Shown here: in pieces, positions 9,423 to 18,772 of the stretch
How the letters are laid out: every line of letters begins with the position of its first letter
Position numbering within the stretch: position 1 is the first letter of the stretch
Position numbers and translations under genes: made by a program
From: Parachlamydiales bacterium
GTDB taxonomy: Bacteria > Chlamydiota > Chlamydiia > Chlamydiales > Parachlamydiaceae
Length of the DNA stretch: 41,433 nt
Direction: 5' to 3'
NCBI GenBank assembly: GCA_020051075.1
Contig: JAGVJP010000082.1
Span: forward strand, 1 to 41,433
The notes under the pieces: generated by a model
Told to the model about the DNA's origin: nothing
Databases searched by the model: none
Seen by the model: only the letters and a program-made list of their open reading frames with translations

Positions 9423-9686
9423 CTAAAAGAAAAGCTTAATCAAGTAGATCACGAAACTCTGAATGAAAGAGAGGCAGAGAAAAGCAACAATAGGGCTAAA
9501 ATCAATCATTCCCAACGGCGGGACAAACCGTCTAAAGAAGTTGAGGTAGGGATCGGTGTAGTAACTGACAAATTGCATCAACCGGTAGTCGTTCAACTGT
9601 GGAAGCCAAGAGCAGATGATCCGCGCAAAAATCATGAAGGTATAAATGCGGAAGATAAGGTCTATAAAGATGATAAGTTTGATCAT
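9423..9686 (-). CDS. yggT: YggT family membrane protein
   Basis: SW...TDPYL..FRR..PPLGMIDFSPI signature. Confidence 0.92.
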   Translation of the reverse strand: MIKLIIFIDLIFRIYTFMIFARIICSWLPQLNDYRLMQFVSYYTDPYLNFFRRFVPPLGMIDFSPIVAFLCLSFIQSFVIYLIKLFF

Positions 9687-9784
9687 AATCTCATAACAAG
9701 GCTTGAATTAATACTATGAGTCTAATAGAATCACCCTTTTTAGGCACTAAAATAACCTGACGTCTGGTAAATTTCATTAACACT

Positions 9785-11458
9785 ATGTTTAATTTTAAGT
9801 TTTCTACTATTTCTATAGGCTTAGAACGGCTGCCCGAAGGGATTAAGTGCGCCGCTGTAGAAACTTCGAGGAAAGGGCCAATCCTCAAAAATCTTTTTCT
9901 ACTCAATCCGGCAACGGACAATGTCAAACCGCTTTACACGTTTCACCCTATACTGACAACTTGTTTAAATGGAACGGATGTTTTGGCAAGAACGCTAATC
10001 CTTCCGATCACTAAAAATAAAGATATTGCTGCGGCTTTAACATTTCAGGCGGAGCCCTTGCTCCCTTATCCCATTGACGAAGCGTTATTATCCTATCAAA
10101 TCATCAACAAAAATGCTGATTCGACAACACTTACCCTCTTCGCTGCAAAAAAAGAGTCTGTAAACAATCACATTGAAAGCTGGAAGTCATTAAATATTGA
10201 ACCGGAAATCGTCTCTGCGCCTCAAGCAGCGTTAACCAGTTTTGTAAAAAATTTTATCTCTGACGAACAAACCTGTTTAATCATTCACCTTCAAAGACAA
10301 AATACCACTGCCGCGCTAGTATCTAAAGGGAAGCTTGTCGCATCATTTGGACAGCAAGAAGGGATGGACCTCCTTTTAACGGCCCTAAAGAAGGGAAATT
10401 CTTTATCTGCACAAAAAGACTTGAACGACTGGAACCTGCTCTCAGAAAAAGGAAACGAGGAATCAGAAGCGCTGAAGAAATTACAGCAACTCGTCACAAA
10501 GATTGGATTTGCCCTCGCTAAAGAGCTGAGAAACGAAACAATAGAAGGGATAGCGATCACTGGGGAGGCCGTGAATTACAAGGGGTTAGACCACTACCTC
10601 ACACAGCACCTGAACACTCCTTTGAAGAAGGCCCAACCCACAGATCAATTTACGAGCGATCAACTCCAAGCTTTCGCCTTGCCAATAGGATTAGCGATTC
10701 AATCGCTTCCAAGCAATATCTTTCCAGCCAACATATTCCCAACCAATCAATCGCTCATTGACTTTCAACAAGAAGAACTGAGTTATGCACATCCGTGGAG
10801 GAGGCTAAAACTCCCTGTAGCCATTTATTTTGGTTTAATCGGACTCCTTACTTTTACTTTCTACACTTTCAGCCAGCACTATCTCCATTATGAAGAAGAC
10901 CTGATCAAACAATCATATGTTGATTTATTAGCTTCTACAGGTAAATCTCCAGAACAATTTGAAGACACTTTCGACGAAAAAAATCCACAAGCAAAAGAGA
11001 AATTTAACGGAGAGACTCCAACGTTAACCCAGCTGTCAGCAGATGACTTAAGAGACCGGTTAGCCTTTTTACAAAAAGATCTTAAAGCAACTCCCGACTC
11101 TTATCCTCTTTTTGCCAATATCCCCCGAGTCAGCGATGTCTTAGCTTGGTTGAGCCAACACCATGCGATCGTTGTTCCAGATGAACAAGGAATCCCTCAA
11201 ACACGCCTTCAAATCGAAGATTTTAATTATACGATGGTGAAACGGCCTCAGCAAGGGAAGAAACAAGAAAAATACCAAGTTTATGTCGAACTCGAGCTCT
11301 CCAGTCCTACTCCAAAATGGGCTAGAGAGTTTCATGATGCCCTCATCGAACCGAATGATTGGGTGGATAATAAAAATGAAGTGAAGTGGAATGCGAATCG
11401 TGGTAAATACAAAACCTCTTTCTTCTTAAAAGATAAAACGGTTTACCCCAACAGATAG
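9785..11458 (+). CDS. Conserved chlamydial protein with a PilM/GspL-like actin-fold cytoplasmic domain, one TM helix and a periplasmic domain
   Basis: FQAEPLLPYPIDE and IAITGE motifs, TM segment at about aa 343-362. Its position next to yggT/dusB matches chlamydial synteny (CT646-like, from memory). Confidence 0.7.
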   Translation: MFNFKFSTISIGLERLPEGIKCAAVETSRKGPILKNLFLLNPATDNVKPLYTFHPILTTCLNGTDVLARTLILPITKNKDIAAALTFQAEPLLPYPIDEALLSYQIINKNADSTTLTLFAAKKESVNNHIESWKSLNIEPEIVSAPQAALTSFVKNFISDEQTCLIIHLQRQNTTAALVSKGKLVASFGQQEGMDLLLTALKKGNSLSAQKDLNDWNLLSEKGNEESEALKKLQQLVTKIGFALAKELRNETIEGIAITGEAVNYKGLDHYLTQHLNTPLKKAQPTDQFTSDQLQAFALPIGLAIQSLPSNIFPANIFPTNQSLIDFQQEELSYAHPWRRLKLPVAIYFGLIGLLTFTFYTFSQHYLHYEEDLIKQSYVDLLASTGKSPEQFEDTFDEKNPQAKEKFNGETPTLTQLSADDLRDRLAFLQKDLKATPDSYPLFANIPRVSDVLAWLSQHHAIVVPDEQGIPQTRLQIEDFNYTMVKRPQQGKKQEKYQVYVELELSSPTPKWAREFHDALIEPNDWVDNKNEVKWNANRGKYKTSFFLKDKTVYPNR

Positions 11459-11464
11459 AATGTT

Positions 11465-12088
11465 ATGCTAAAAAATATCCCGCTTTCTCGTCTTCTCCTC
11501 TACCTAATCTTCTTGGGGTTCTTACCACTCGTTTTTGTCGTTCTCATTTTTGTTTCGGAAAAAGGGGAATTACAAGAATTAAATGAATCGATGGAGTCGA
11601 TTCAATACGAAACTTTCGTCAATGAAAAAAAACAGTCTCTTAACCTCTCGGTCAGACAGCATTTCCGAGATGCAGATCATTTCTACATCGATAAATACCT
11701 TGAAACTTTGGTCTTTCTAGAACCTGAAATAGAGACATTGCAGAGAATTGTCACCGACAAAAACTTTGCCGATGATGAACGGATAAAAAAGCGCCTTGAA
11801 TTCTTAACAAGCGAAGGAAATTCTCTGATTTTCTCGGAAGGGGTTGTTCAAACATTTCCAACTTATCAGGAGACGATGGAAACACTTGTTCATCCTGTTG
11901 AAGTAGATGCTAAAGATATTCAAAAAATATTAGCTAAAGTGGAAGGGGTTGAAATGGGGGGGGTTACACCAGGCCCAAATCGACCGCAACTGTTCATCAC
12001 CGATTTTAAGCTGAGTAAAAAGAAAGTTTCTGATAAAAGAGAAGTTTACATCTTAAATATGAAATTTATAAAAAGGGAATTCCTATGA
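11465..12088 (+). CDS. Conserved chlamydial bitopic membrane protein (CT647-like; PilO/GspM-like layout)
   Basis: N-terminal TM helix, coiled coil and C-terminal alpha/beta domain. Operonic with both neighbours. Confidence 0.7.
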   Translation: MLKNIPLSRLLLYLIFLGFLPLVFVVLIFVSEKGELQELNESMESIQYETFVNEKKQSLNLSVRQHFRDADHFYIDKYLETLVFLEPEIETLQRIVTDKNFADDERIKKRLEFLTSEGNSLIFSEGVVQTFPTYQETMETLVHPVEVDAKDIQKILAKVEGVEMGGVTPGPNRPQLFITDFKLSKKKVSDKREVYILNMKFIKREFL

Positions 12089-13401
12089 ATATGAATGACT
12101 TTAGAAACCTAAGTAAATTTTCTTTTAGCATCGTTCTTATTTTATTGCTGTGCTCACTGACCAGTGCAAAAAAATGCCAAAAAGCCCTTCATAAACCGCT
12201 CACACTCTCTAGTGTAAATATTGTTGATCGCAATGGCTTTACAGAGACGATTTGTAATAAAGAGCGTCTTTCACAGTTTCAAAATGTCGATTTCCTTAAA
12301 TCTCAGCCTTATCAGAAAGTTTTGAGAATCTGGAATAGAGATGCTAAAGGTGTTGTGCGCGCCATCGTGACGACCTATTACGAAAATGGAAATTGCAAAC
12401 AATTTTTAGACATCACCAATGGGCGTGCAAATGGTGTGTTTTGTGAGTGGCATGAAAACGGGACGATGTCCCTGTGGACAAATGTCATTGGCGGAACCCC
12501 CGACGTCACGGCTGAAGCAGAGCGTTCTTGGCTGTTCGATGGCCCGAGTTATGCTTGGAATGAAGATGGCGCAATCGTTGCTGAAATGAACTACTCTCAA
12601 GGTATGTTAGAGGGAAATTCTTGTTATTTCCATCCTTCTGGACAGCTTTGGAAAAGAATCCCCTATGCTAAAAATCAGGTAGAGGGAGTTGTTGAGATTT
12701 ATAAAAAAGAAGGTGAACTTCTCCAACAAATCTGCTACTCCAATGGCATTAAACACGGACCGAGCATACGCTATTGGAGTGAAGATAAAATCGCCGCCCA
12801 AGAAGATTTTGTCCGTGGAAAATTAGAAACAGCTCAATATTTTGACCAAAAAGGAAGCCTCATTTCAGAGATCAAAGAAGGGAATGGGTATCGATCGGCT
12901 TTTGGCAAAGACAATGTCGCTGAGCTGCAGCAATTTGTCAATGGGGTTGTTGAGGGAGGAGTAAAAGTATTCAACTCAGTAGGAAAATTAAAACGATTGT
13001 ACCATGTAAAAAATGGGATCAAACATGGAGAAGAGCTTGAATACTACATCCAACGAGAGCCTGTTACAGACCCGCAGCCAAAAATCTCTTTTCATTGGTA
13101 TGATGGAAAAATTCAAGGGATTGTTAAATCATGGTATCCAGACGGAACGTTAGAAAGTCATCGAGAAATGTCAAACAATGCAAAGAACGGTGTTTTAACT
13201 GCATGGTACCGAGACGGCAGCTTGATGATGATCGAAGAATATGAGAACAATAAGCTCCTTAAAGGGGATTATTTCAAGAAAGGGGAAAAACTCCCTATCA
13301 GTCAAGTGATTCAAAGCAAAGGAATCGCAACCCTCTATGATGCAGAGGGTCACTTTGTGCAGAAAGTTTCCTACCTCAATGGCAAACCAGAGAAAAAATA
13401 A
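12085..13401 (+). CDS. Exported MORN-2/YwqK-type repeat protein (CT648-like)
   Basis: Signal peptide and many Y(Y/H)xxG...Y.NG.(K/L)HG repeats. Confidence 0.85.
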   Translation: MNMNDFRNLSKFSFSIVLILLLCSLTSAKKCQKALHKPLTLSSVNIVDRNGFTETICNKERLSQFQNVDFLKSQPYQKVLRIWNRDAKGVVRAIVTTYYENGNCKQFLDITNGRANGVFCEWHENGTMSLWTNVIGGTPDVTAEAERSWLFDGPSYAWNEDGAIVAEMNYSQGMLEGNSCYFHPSGQLWKRIPYAKNQVEGVVEIYKKEGELLQQICYSNGIKHGPSIRYWSEDKIAAQEDFVRGKLETAQYFDQKGSLISEIKEGNGYRSAFGKDNVAELQQFVNGVVEGGVKVFNSVGKLKRLYHVKNGIKHGEELEYYIQREPVTDPQPKISFHWYDGKIQGIVKSWYPDGTLESHREMSNNAKNGVLTAWYRDGSLMMIEEYENNKLLKGDYFKKGEKLPISQVIQSKGIATLYDAEGHFVQKVSYLNGKPEKK

Positions 13402-13430
13402 GGCAACTATTCCCCTAACTTTGGGACCCC

Positions 13431-13661
13431 AAGCGACGTCGTCTCTCATTTCAAAAAAGTAACGCTGTCAGAGCCATTTCCTGCCATCCCTCTTATCCTT
13501 CCCATCCTGTCAATTTCACAGGATAGGAAAGATAGGGCAGGATAGCGAATATCCTTTATACCCCATCATCCTTTTTATCCTTCCCATCCTGTCAATTTTT
13601 ACAAGATAGGGGGAGTTTGTTATTCAGTGGTAAGAGGCTTGACGAGGTTATGAAAATAGCC
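13431..13661. mobile_element. Composite non-coding element, copy 1 (conserved flanks enclosing a family-B array)
   Basis: Left flank aagcgacgtcgtctctcatttcaaaaaagtaa and right flank gtttgttattcag...ggcttgacgaggttatgaaaatagcc are shared with 32367-32621. Mobility is inferred. Confidence 0.7.
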
Positions 13662-13668
13662 CCATATA

Positions 13669-13735
13669 GTCCATACCGTCCATACCGTCCATACCGTCCA
13701 TACCGTCCATTCCTGTCCATACCCGTCCATTGTCC
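13669..13735. repeat. Family-D 9-bp tandem repeat
   Basis: (gtccatacc)x4 followed by degenerate gtccat units. Confidence 0.9.
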
Positions 13736-13919
13736 TTTTTCACGTTTCATCTCCTTATTTTCTAAATTATTCTTGATGCTTATTGTTGTGATTTTATTAA
13801 TTATTAATAAAACATTTTCATATTTATAAAAACAATTTTAATTAGCAATCAAACAAAACAACAACAAAACATTAATATTATTATTCTATAATAATATAGT
13901 AATAATATTTGGTTTTGTA

Positions 13920-15500
13920 ATGTCAGTAAATACAGATTTTAAAAATCACAGTGTTGATAGCCTTTATAGTGTAAACTATACGCAATCGCCTGGAACAATT
14001 TCTCCCGTCTATCAAGAAAAACCCGACTCTACGAACGTTTCTGAAAGTTTCTTAAAAAACTTAAGAAATCCAGAAGATGCAGAAGTTAAAACATCCATTT
14101 CTTCGTTTCCTCTCAGCAGCAGCGAACCACACTCTATTTCTCAATCCCAAACTCAAAGGATGGTCAAACAAATTAAAGGAACAATAGAACACAAACATAT
14201 TGCTCCAAAAGTGGATTTACCGTCAGAGCTTCTCCAAACTCTATCACCAGAAGAACTAAAAAACCTCAGAAACAGCTGCTTACAAGACTATAAAATCGCC
14301 ATGGAAACACTAGAACAATCTGTTGCTAGCGTTGCAGCAACGCACCCTGATGCGTTAGAATTCGCAGATCAGTTAAATCAAAGATTAATGACCTTTCTTG
14401 AAAAATATGCTGAAATCCTACTCGAGGATGAAGGAAAAATCTCCCCAACAACACCAAAAAATTTCAAGCAAGATAAAATAACTCTAAAAGTAAATGAACT
14501 GTTAATTGAAATTTTTTCGACAAAAAGAGAAGAACGATATAACCCAATGACTGGAAAAACTGAAACCTTTGATGGGACTATTGTTGAAGGTATTTATAAT
14601 GAAGCTGGAAGCGTCGGATTAAATCCGATTACAATTCGAAATGCTATTAAGAATGGAAATCTAAGGGAAAAAATGTACTTTCCTTATAAAAGTACTTGGA
14701 ATTTTACACAAGAAATTTTAAAAAACCCAGAATTAGTTGCTAGAATTGATAATAAATTAAAAGAAAGTCAAGCTGGCTGGGAAGTCAACACTCCCATGCT
14801 CGAAGATATCGTCCATCATCGCAAACTTCAGCCATATTCCTACTCCGACTATGCTGAAAGTACGAGAACAGATCGTTTAAGGACTGCTATTCCTGAAGCA
14901 GAAAGAAAACAGTTGATCAAAGAAAAAAATCAACCCATTGCAGCAACGCGAATCACCGATTTAAGCGAACGAGAAAGAAGGCACGCGATTGGAGAATTAG
15001 ATCCTTCCAAAACGAAAGTAAGCGAAGAAATGAAGGCACAGTATGAGGAAAGAAGCTCTCAACAGATCCAGTGGGCCCCTGGAAGCCACTGGTGGCGTCC
15101 AGCAACAAATGTTGAAAGGGAACAGCCTCACGATTATCTCACTTCATCAGCCGAGGTTGGCGCCCCAGCAATCGCAGGGATTTCTGGAACGACAGATCAG
15201 ATTTTGACGATGGCAATGTATTTCGGAATGACAACAAAACAAGAGCTTGAAAAGGGCCGCTTAGCCTGTCTAGGATGGATGTTAGAAACGCAAGATCACA
15301 CAATCAATGAAATCATGACTTCTTCCTTAGGTTTTGGTTTGAGCTATACCCCATCGCCGACATCCTACTCGGAAATTTACTCGGAAGACAACTTGTTTAC
15401 TCACCAAATTCAGCAAGAGCAGATCGCCAGAAACACCAATTTGCCAGACTATTATCTTTCAGCTGAGTGGGCTTTGCGCAAATCTGGCCTGTCCCAGTAG
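13920..15500 (+). CDS. Orphan 526-aa protein, candidate secreted effector/toxin
   Basis: Ser/Thr/Pro-rich low-complexity N-terminus with no Sec signal. C-terminal AGISGTT...RLACLGWML...DHTINEIM motif. Very AT-rich upstream region. Confidence 0.75.
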   Translation: MSVNTDFKNHSVDSLYSVNYTQSPGTISPVYQEKPDSTNVSESFLKNLRNPEDAEVKTSISSFPLSSSEPHSISQSQTQRMVKQIKGTIEHKHIAPKVDLPSELLQTLSPEELKNLRNSCLQDYKIAMETLEQSVASVAATHPDALEFADQLNQRLMTFLEKYAEILLEDEGKISPTTPKNFKQDKITLKVNELLIEIFSTKREERYNPMTGKTETFDGTIVEGIYNEAGSVGLNPITIRNAIKNGNLREKMYFPYKSTWNFTQEILKNPELVARIDNKLKESQAGWEVNTPMLEDIVHHRKLQPYSYSDYAESTRTDRLRTAIPEAERKQLIKEKNQPIAATRITDLSERERRHAIGELDPSKTKVSEEMKAQYEERSSQQIQWAPGSHWWRPATNVEREQPHDYLTSSAEVGAPAIAGISGTTDQILTMAMYFGMTTKQELEKGRLACLGWMLETQDHTINEIMTSSLGFGLSYTPSPTSYSEIYSEDNLFTHQIQQEQIARNTNLPDYYLSAEWALRKSGLSQ

Positions 15501-15826
15501 ATATCAAGTTGTTCATAAGCCGAAGTTTTCTGTTCATATCTCGATTGTTTTTCACAACGAACTGATGATCCTGTCAATAACAGGTCATTTGCAAACAAGA
15601 TAACGACAACTCATCAACACGATTTTATCTGAGAGCTTTTGATAATTTTATGAACATTTCCACACGCTATGAAGAATAAGAAGTCTTATATATATCTATT
15701 TCTTTTCTTATGAGAGCTGTGTGGAAAGTGATAAGTACACAAAACCGAGCTGCTTATTCGATTGAATTCTACATAGCCTTCTGATATTCTACCTGTAGAT
15801 TTTTTTCAAGGTGATGGATTTTTACG
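15501..15826. other. Candidate chromosomal replication origin (oriC)
   Basis: tttttcaca (15548-15556) fits TTWTNCACA. Converging one-mismatch boxes atttccaca (15656-15664) and tgtggaaag (15720-15728) flank an AT-rich core. Further weak boxes are present. The + strand looks C-rich to the left and G-rich to the right (qualitative). Confidence 0.65.
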
Positions 15827-16483
15827 ATGGTTATGCAAACCGCCTACTTTTTCGATTTAGCTTCCTTCCAATATAGGGAAATTTTTGATTCAACACCCTA
15901 TCCTTGGCTTGCTTTGTTGAAACTTGAAAATTATATCAAAACCCTTCCCTTAGGCTTACACAAAGGGGTTATCTCTTCTTTGGCTTATTTGATCCACCCA
16001 GAACTCATTTCAATCGGTGAAGGAACAATTGTTGAGCCTGGCGCTTACATCCAAGGTCCTTGTGTGATAGGAAAAAACTGCACAATACGACATGGAGCGT
16101 ATATCCGCGGAAATGTCATCACCGGAGACCACTGCGTTATCGGTCATGCTTCTGAGATTAAACAGACGATTTTGATGAACAACACCCATGCAGGCCATTT
16201 TGCCTATGTTGGCGATTCTATTCTTGGATCCGATGTCAATCTAGGGGCTGGTGTGAAATGCGCTAACCTCAGGCTTGATGGAAAAACGATTGATTTGTAC
16301 ATCGATCACCAACAACGAATCCCAACGGAAATGCGAAAGCTCGGCGCCATCATAGGAGATCAAACGCAACTGGGGTGCAATAGCGTCACCAATCCAGGCT
16401 CTTTGATTGGACAGGCTGTCAAATGCACCCCTTGTTTGAATATCGGCGGATTCATTCCTTCAAACTCGTTCATTAAATCGTAA
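15827..16483 (+). CDS. glmU: GlmU-like left-handed beta-helix acetyltransferase (acetyltransferase domain only, as in chlamydiae)
   Basis: Hexapeptide repeats, HFAYVGDSILG and NLGAG. Adjacent to ispA. Confidence 0.8.
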   Translation: MVMQTAYFFDLASFQYREIFDSTPYPWLALLKLENYIKTLPLGLHKGVISSLAYLIHPELISIGEGTIVEPGAYIQGPCVIGKNCTIRHGAYIRGNVITGDHCVIGHASEIKQTILMNNTHAGHFAYVGDSILGSDVNLGAGVKCANLRLDGKTIDLYIDHQQRIPTEMRKLGAIIGDQTQLGCNSVTNPGSLIGQAVKCTPCLNIGGFIPSNSFIKS

Positions 16484-16510
16484 CTCTCAGAAAAATAACG
16501 GTCTCAGCGT

Positions 16511-17401
16511 ATGCCTCAAACTCAATCCGATTTATTCTTGTTAATTTTAAAGCCTTACCAAGACATCATCGAAAAAAAATTAAAGGTTTGCATTCCTCAA
16601 CTAGGACCGCAAAGCCATTTGAGGGATGCTTGTGAATATGCTTTGTTGAATGGTGGCAAACGATTTCGTCCAGCTCTTGTTCTGATGATAGCAAAAGCAC
16701 TAGGATTAGATGCAGATGCTTCTGAAGCTGCTGTCGGAGTAGAATATTTCCATACAGCTTCGCTGATTGCCGATGACCTTCCATGCATGGATGACGATGA
16801 CGAAAGGCGCTCTAAACCATCTCTTCATCGTGTTTATGGAGAGTCTGTTGCTTTGCTGGCAACCTATGCTTTGATTTCTGCTGGATATGCTTGCCTCGCA
16901 AAAAATGCTGAAAGTATAAAAGGAACGTCACACCCCAATGTCGACCAAAGCGATCGACTTTGTGTGCTTGCTCTGGAAAATGCCGCTTATAATACTGGCC
17001 TTTTTGGTGCGACCGGCGGACAGTTCTTAGATCTGTCGCCGCCCAACCTGACAATTTCCTCTGTGAGAGAGATCTTAAATAAAAAAACGGTTACTCTTTT
17101 TGAAATTTCATTTGTTCTCGGCTGGATCTACGGCGGAGGCTGTTTAGAGCAACTTAATTTGGTTAAGAAAGCAGCGGCTCATTTCGGGATGGCTTTTCAA
17201 ATCGCTGACGACATCGGCGATATGGCTCAAGATCTAAAACATCAACACACACTCAATATCGCTAATATTTGCGGTAAAGACCAGGCCGTGAAAATGTTCC
17301 ACGAAGAAATTGAGCAATTTGAATCGGTCATTGACGGTTTATCTTTGGATCGCAGCGAGCTTACTTCTTTGGTCAATTTTCTTCGCAATGAGATTGTTTG
17401 A
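16511..17401 (+). CDS. ispA: Polyprenyl (farnesyl/geranylgeranyl) diphosphate synthase
   Basis: GGKRFRP, DDLPCMDDDDERR, GQFLDL, KT, FQIADD. Confidence 0.93.
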   Translation: MPQTQSDLFLLILKPYQDIIEKKLKVCIPQLGPQSHLRDACEYALLNGGKRFRPALVLMIAKALGLDADASEAAVGVEYFHTASLIADDLPCMDDDDERRSKPSLHRVYGESVALLATYALISAGYACLAKNAESIKGTSHPNVDQSDRLCVLALENAAYNTGLFGATGGQFLDLSPPNLTISSVREILNKKTVTLFEISFVLGWIYGGGCLEQLNLVKKAAAHFGMAFQIADDIGDMAQDLKHQHTLNIANICGKDQAVKMFHEEIEQFESVIDGLSLDRSELTSLVNFLRNEIV

Positions 17402-17426
17402 AACATAATTCGGCACTCGGTATGAT
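17398..17426 (+). promoter_or_regulatory. Sigma66-type promoter of recA
   Basis: TTGAAA-N17-TATGAT. Confidence 0.55.
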
Positions 17427-17467
17427 GTTGCCTCGTATCATTAGATTTTAATCCATAAGGAGCCCTC

Positions 17468-18550
17468 ATGTCACAACAACAACAAGCTGCAGACGCCGAA
17501 AGAAAAAAGGCGTTAAATCTCGCTGTCAGCCAAATCAAAAAGCAGTTTGGCGATGGCGCTATCATGTCTTTTGGCAGACATTCTCAGGAAAAAGAAGTTA
17601 GCGTGATCAAAACTGGGGCTCTTGCTCTCGATATCGCCCTTGGAATTGGCGGCGTGCCGCGCGGTCGTATTGTGGAAATTTATGGTCCAGAATCGTCTGG
17701 GAAGTCAACTTTAGCGACACATATCGTTGCTAATGCTCAGCGAAATGGGGGCGTAGCCGCCTATATTGATGTTGAACACGCTCTAGATCCTAGTTACGCA
17801 TCTAAAATTGGGGTGAATATCGATGACTTATTGATTTCACAACCAGACAGTGGTGAAGAAGCCCTCAATATTGCAGAAATGCTTGCCCGCTCCAATAGCG
17901 TCGATGTCATCATTGTCGATTCCGTTGCTGCTTTAGTGCCTAAATTAGAACTTGAGGGGGAAATTGGAGATCAATTTATGGGACTTCAAGCGCGCTTAAT
18001 GTCCCAAGCCCTCCGAAAATTGACTTCAGCGTTATCAAAGAGCAACACTTGTGCGATTTTTATCAACCAAATTCGAGATAAGATCGGTGTCGTTTATGGC
18101 AACCCAGAAACTACTACAGGCGGAAGAGCGCTTAAATTTTATTCTTCAATCCGTTTAGACATCAGACGCACCGGAGGAATTAAAGGGCCTGATAATTCTG
18201 AAATCGGCAATAGAGTCAAAGTCAAAGTCTCCAAAAATAAGATGGCACCGCCGTTTCAAGTTGCTGAGTTTGACATTTTGTTCAATGAGGGAATTTCTCG
18301 CACTGGCTGTGCAATTGATATGGCTACAGAGTTTAATATCATTGATAAAAAAGGGGCTTGGTTGAGTTTTAAAGGGCAACGGTGGCAAGGACGAGAGGCT
18401 GTTCGAGAAGAATTAAAGAATAACCCCACTCTGTTAGATGAAATAGAATCACTGATCCTTAAACACCACAAAGAAAAGCCAGGATCAATGAAAAAGAGTG
18501 TTGCGGCTGTGGAGAATACTTCTTCCGTTGAAGAAGAAGCTTTGGTGTAA
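17468..18550 (+). CDS. recA: Recombinase A
   Basis: [31 protein letters not shown]. Confidence 0.99.
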   Translation: MSQQQQAADAERKKALNLAVSQIKKQFGDGAIMSFGRHSQEKEVSVIKTGALALDIALGIGGVPRGRIVEIYGPESSGKSTLATHIVANAQRNGGVAAYIDVEHALDPSYASKIGVNIDDLLISQPDSGEEALNIAEMLARSNSVDVIIVDSVAALVPKLELEGEIGDQFMGLQARLMSQALRKLTSALSKSNTCAIFINQIRDKIGVVYGNPETTTGGRALKFYSSIRLDIRRTGGIKGPDNSEIGNRVKVKVSKNKMAPPFQVAEFDILFNEGISRTGCAIDMATEFNIIDKKGAWLSFKGQRWQGREAVREELKNNPTLLDEIESLILKHHKEKPGSMKKSVAAVENTSSVEEEALV

Positions 18551-18594
18551 CTAACGTTTCTTAGCCTTCTATCAACCCTGTTTTAGAATAATAG

Positions 18595-18675
18595 AAACAC
18601 AGAGGCACAGAGAACACAGAGAATAAGCATGGAGAAAACTGTTTCTCTCTCCGTGCCCTCCGTGTTTCTGTGTTT
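18595..18675. repeat. Family-E palindromic element (cacagag units)
   Basis: aaacacagaggcacagagaacacagaga ... tctccgtgccctccgtgtttctgtgttt forms an imperfect hairpin just 3' of recA. Confidence 0.85.
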
Positions 18676-18711
18676 TGATTGCTGACATGAATCTGGTAGA
18701 CGTGGTTTTTG

Positions 18712-18740
18712 TTGAAAATTTATTTTAAAGCTGTTATAAT
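18712..18740 (+). promoter_or_regulatory. Strong sigma66-type promoter with extended -10
   Basis: TTGAAA-N17-TATAAT with TGn before the -10. Implies the MFS gene starts at ATG 18773 rather than GTG 18743. Confidence 0.7.
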
Positions 18741-18772
18741 AAGTGAAATTATTTTGTGAAGTTGTGAAAAAT

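Noticed and set aside
12085..13401. Toxin-antitoxin system from a YwqK-like annotation
   Set aside because: The similarity is generic MORN-2 repeats in a conserved chlamydial operon. The adjacent orphan is separated by repeats and has its own leader.
13481..13735. Possible CRISPR array in the family-B and 9-bp repeats (also 32411-32575)
   Set aside because: No constant 23-47 bp repeats separated by unique spacers. The spacers between B arms are themselves conserved, and there are no cas genes.
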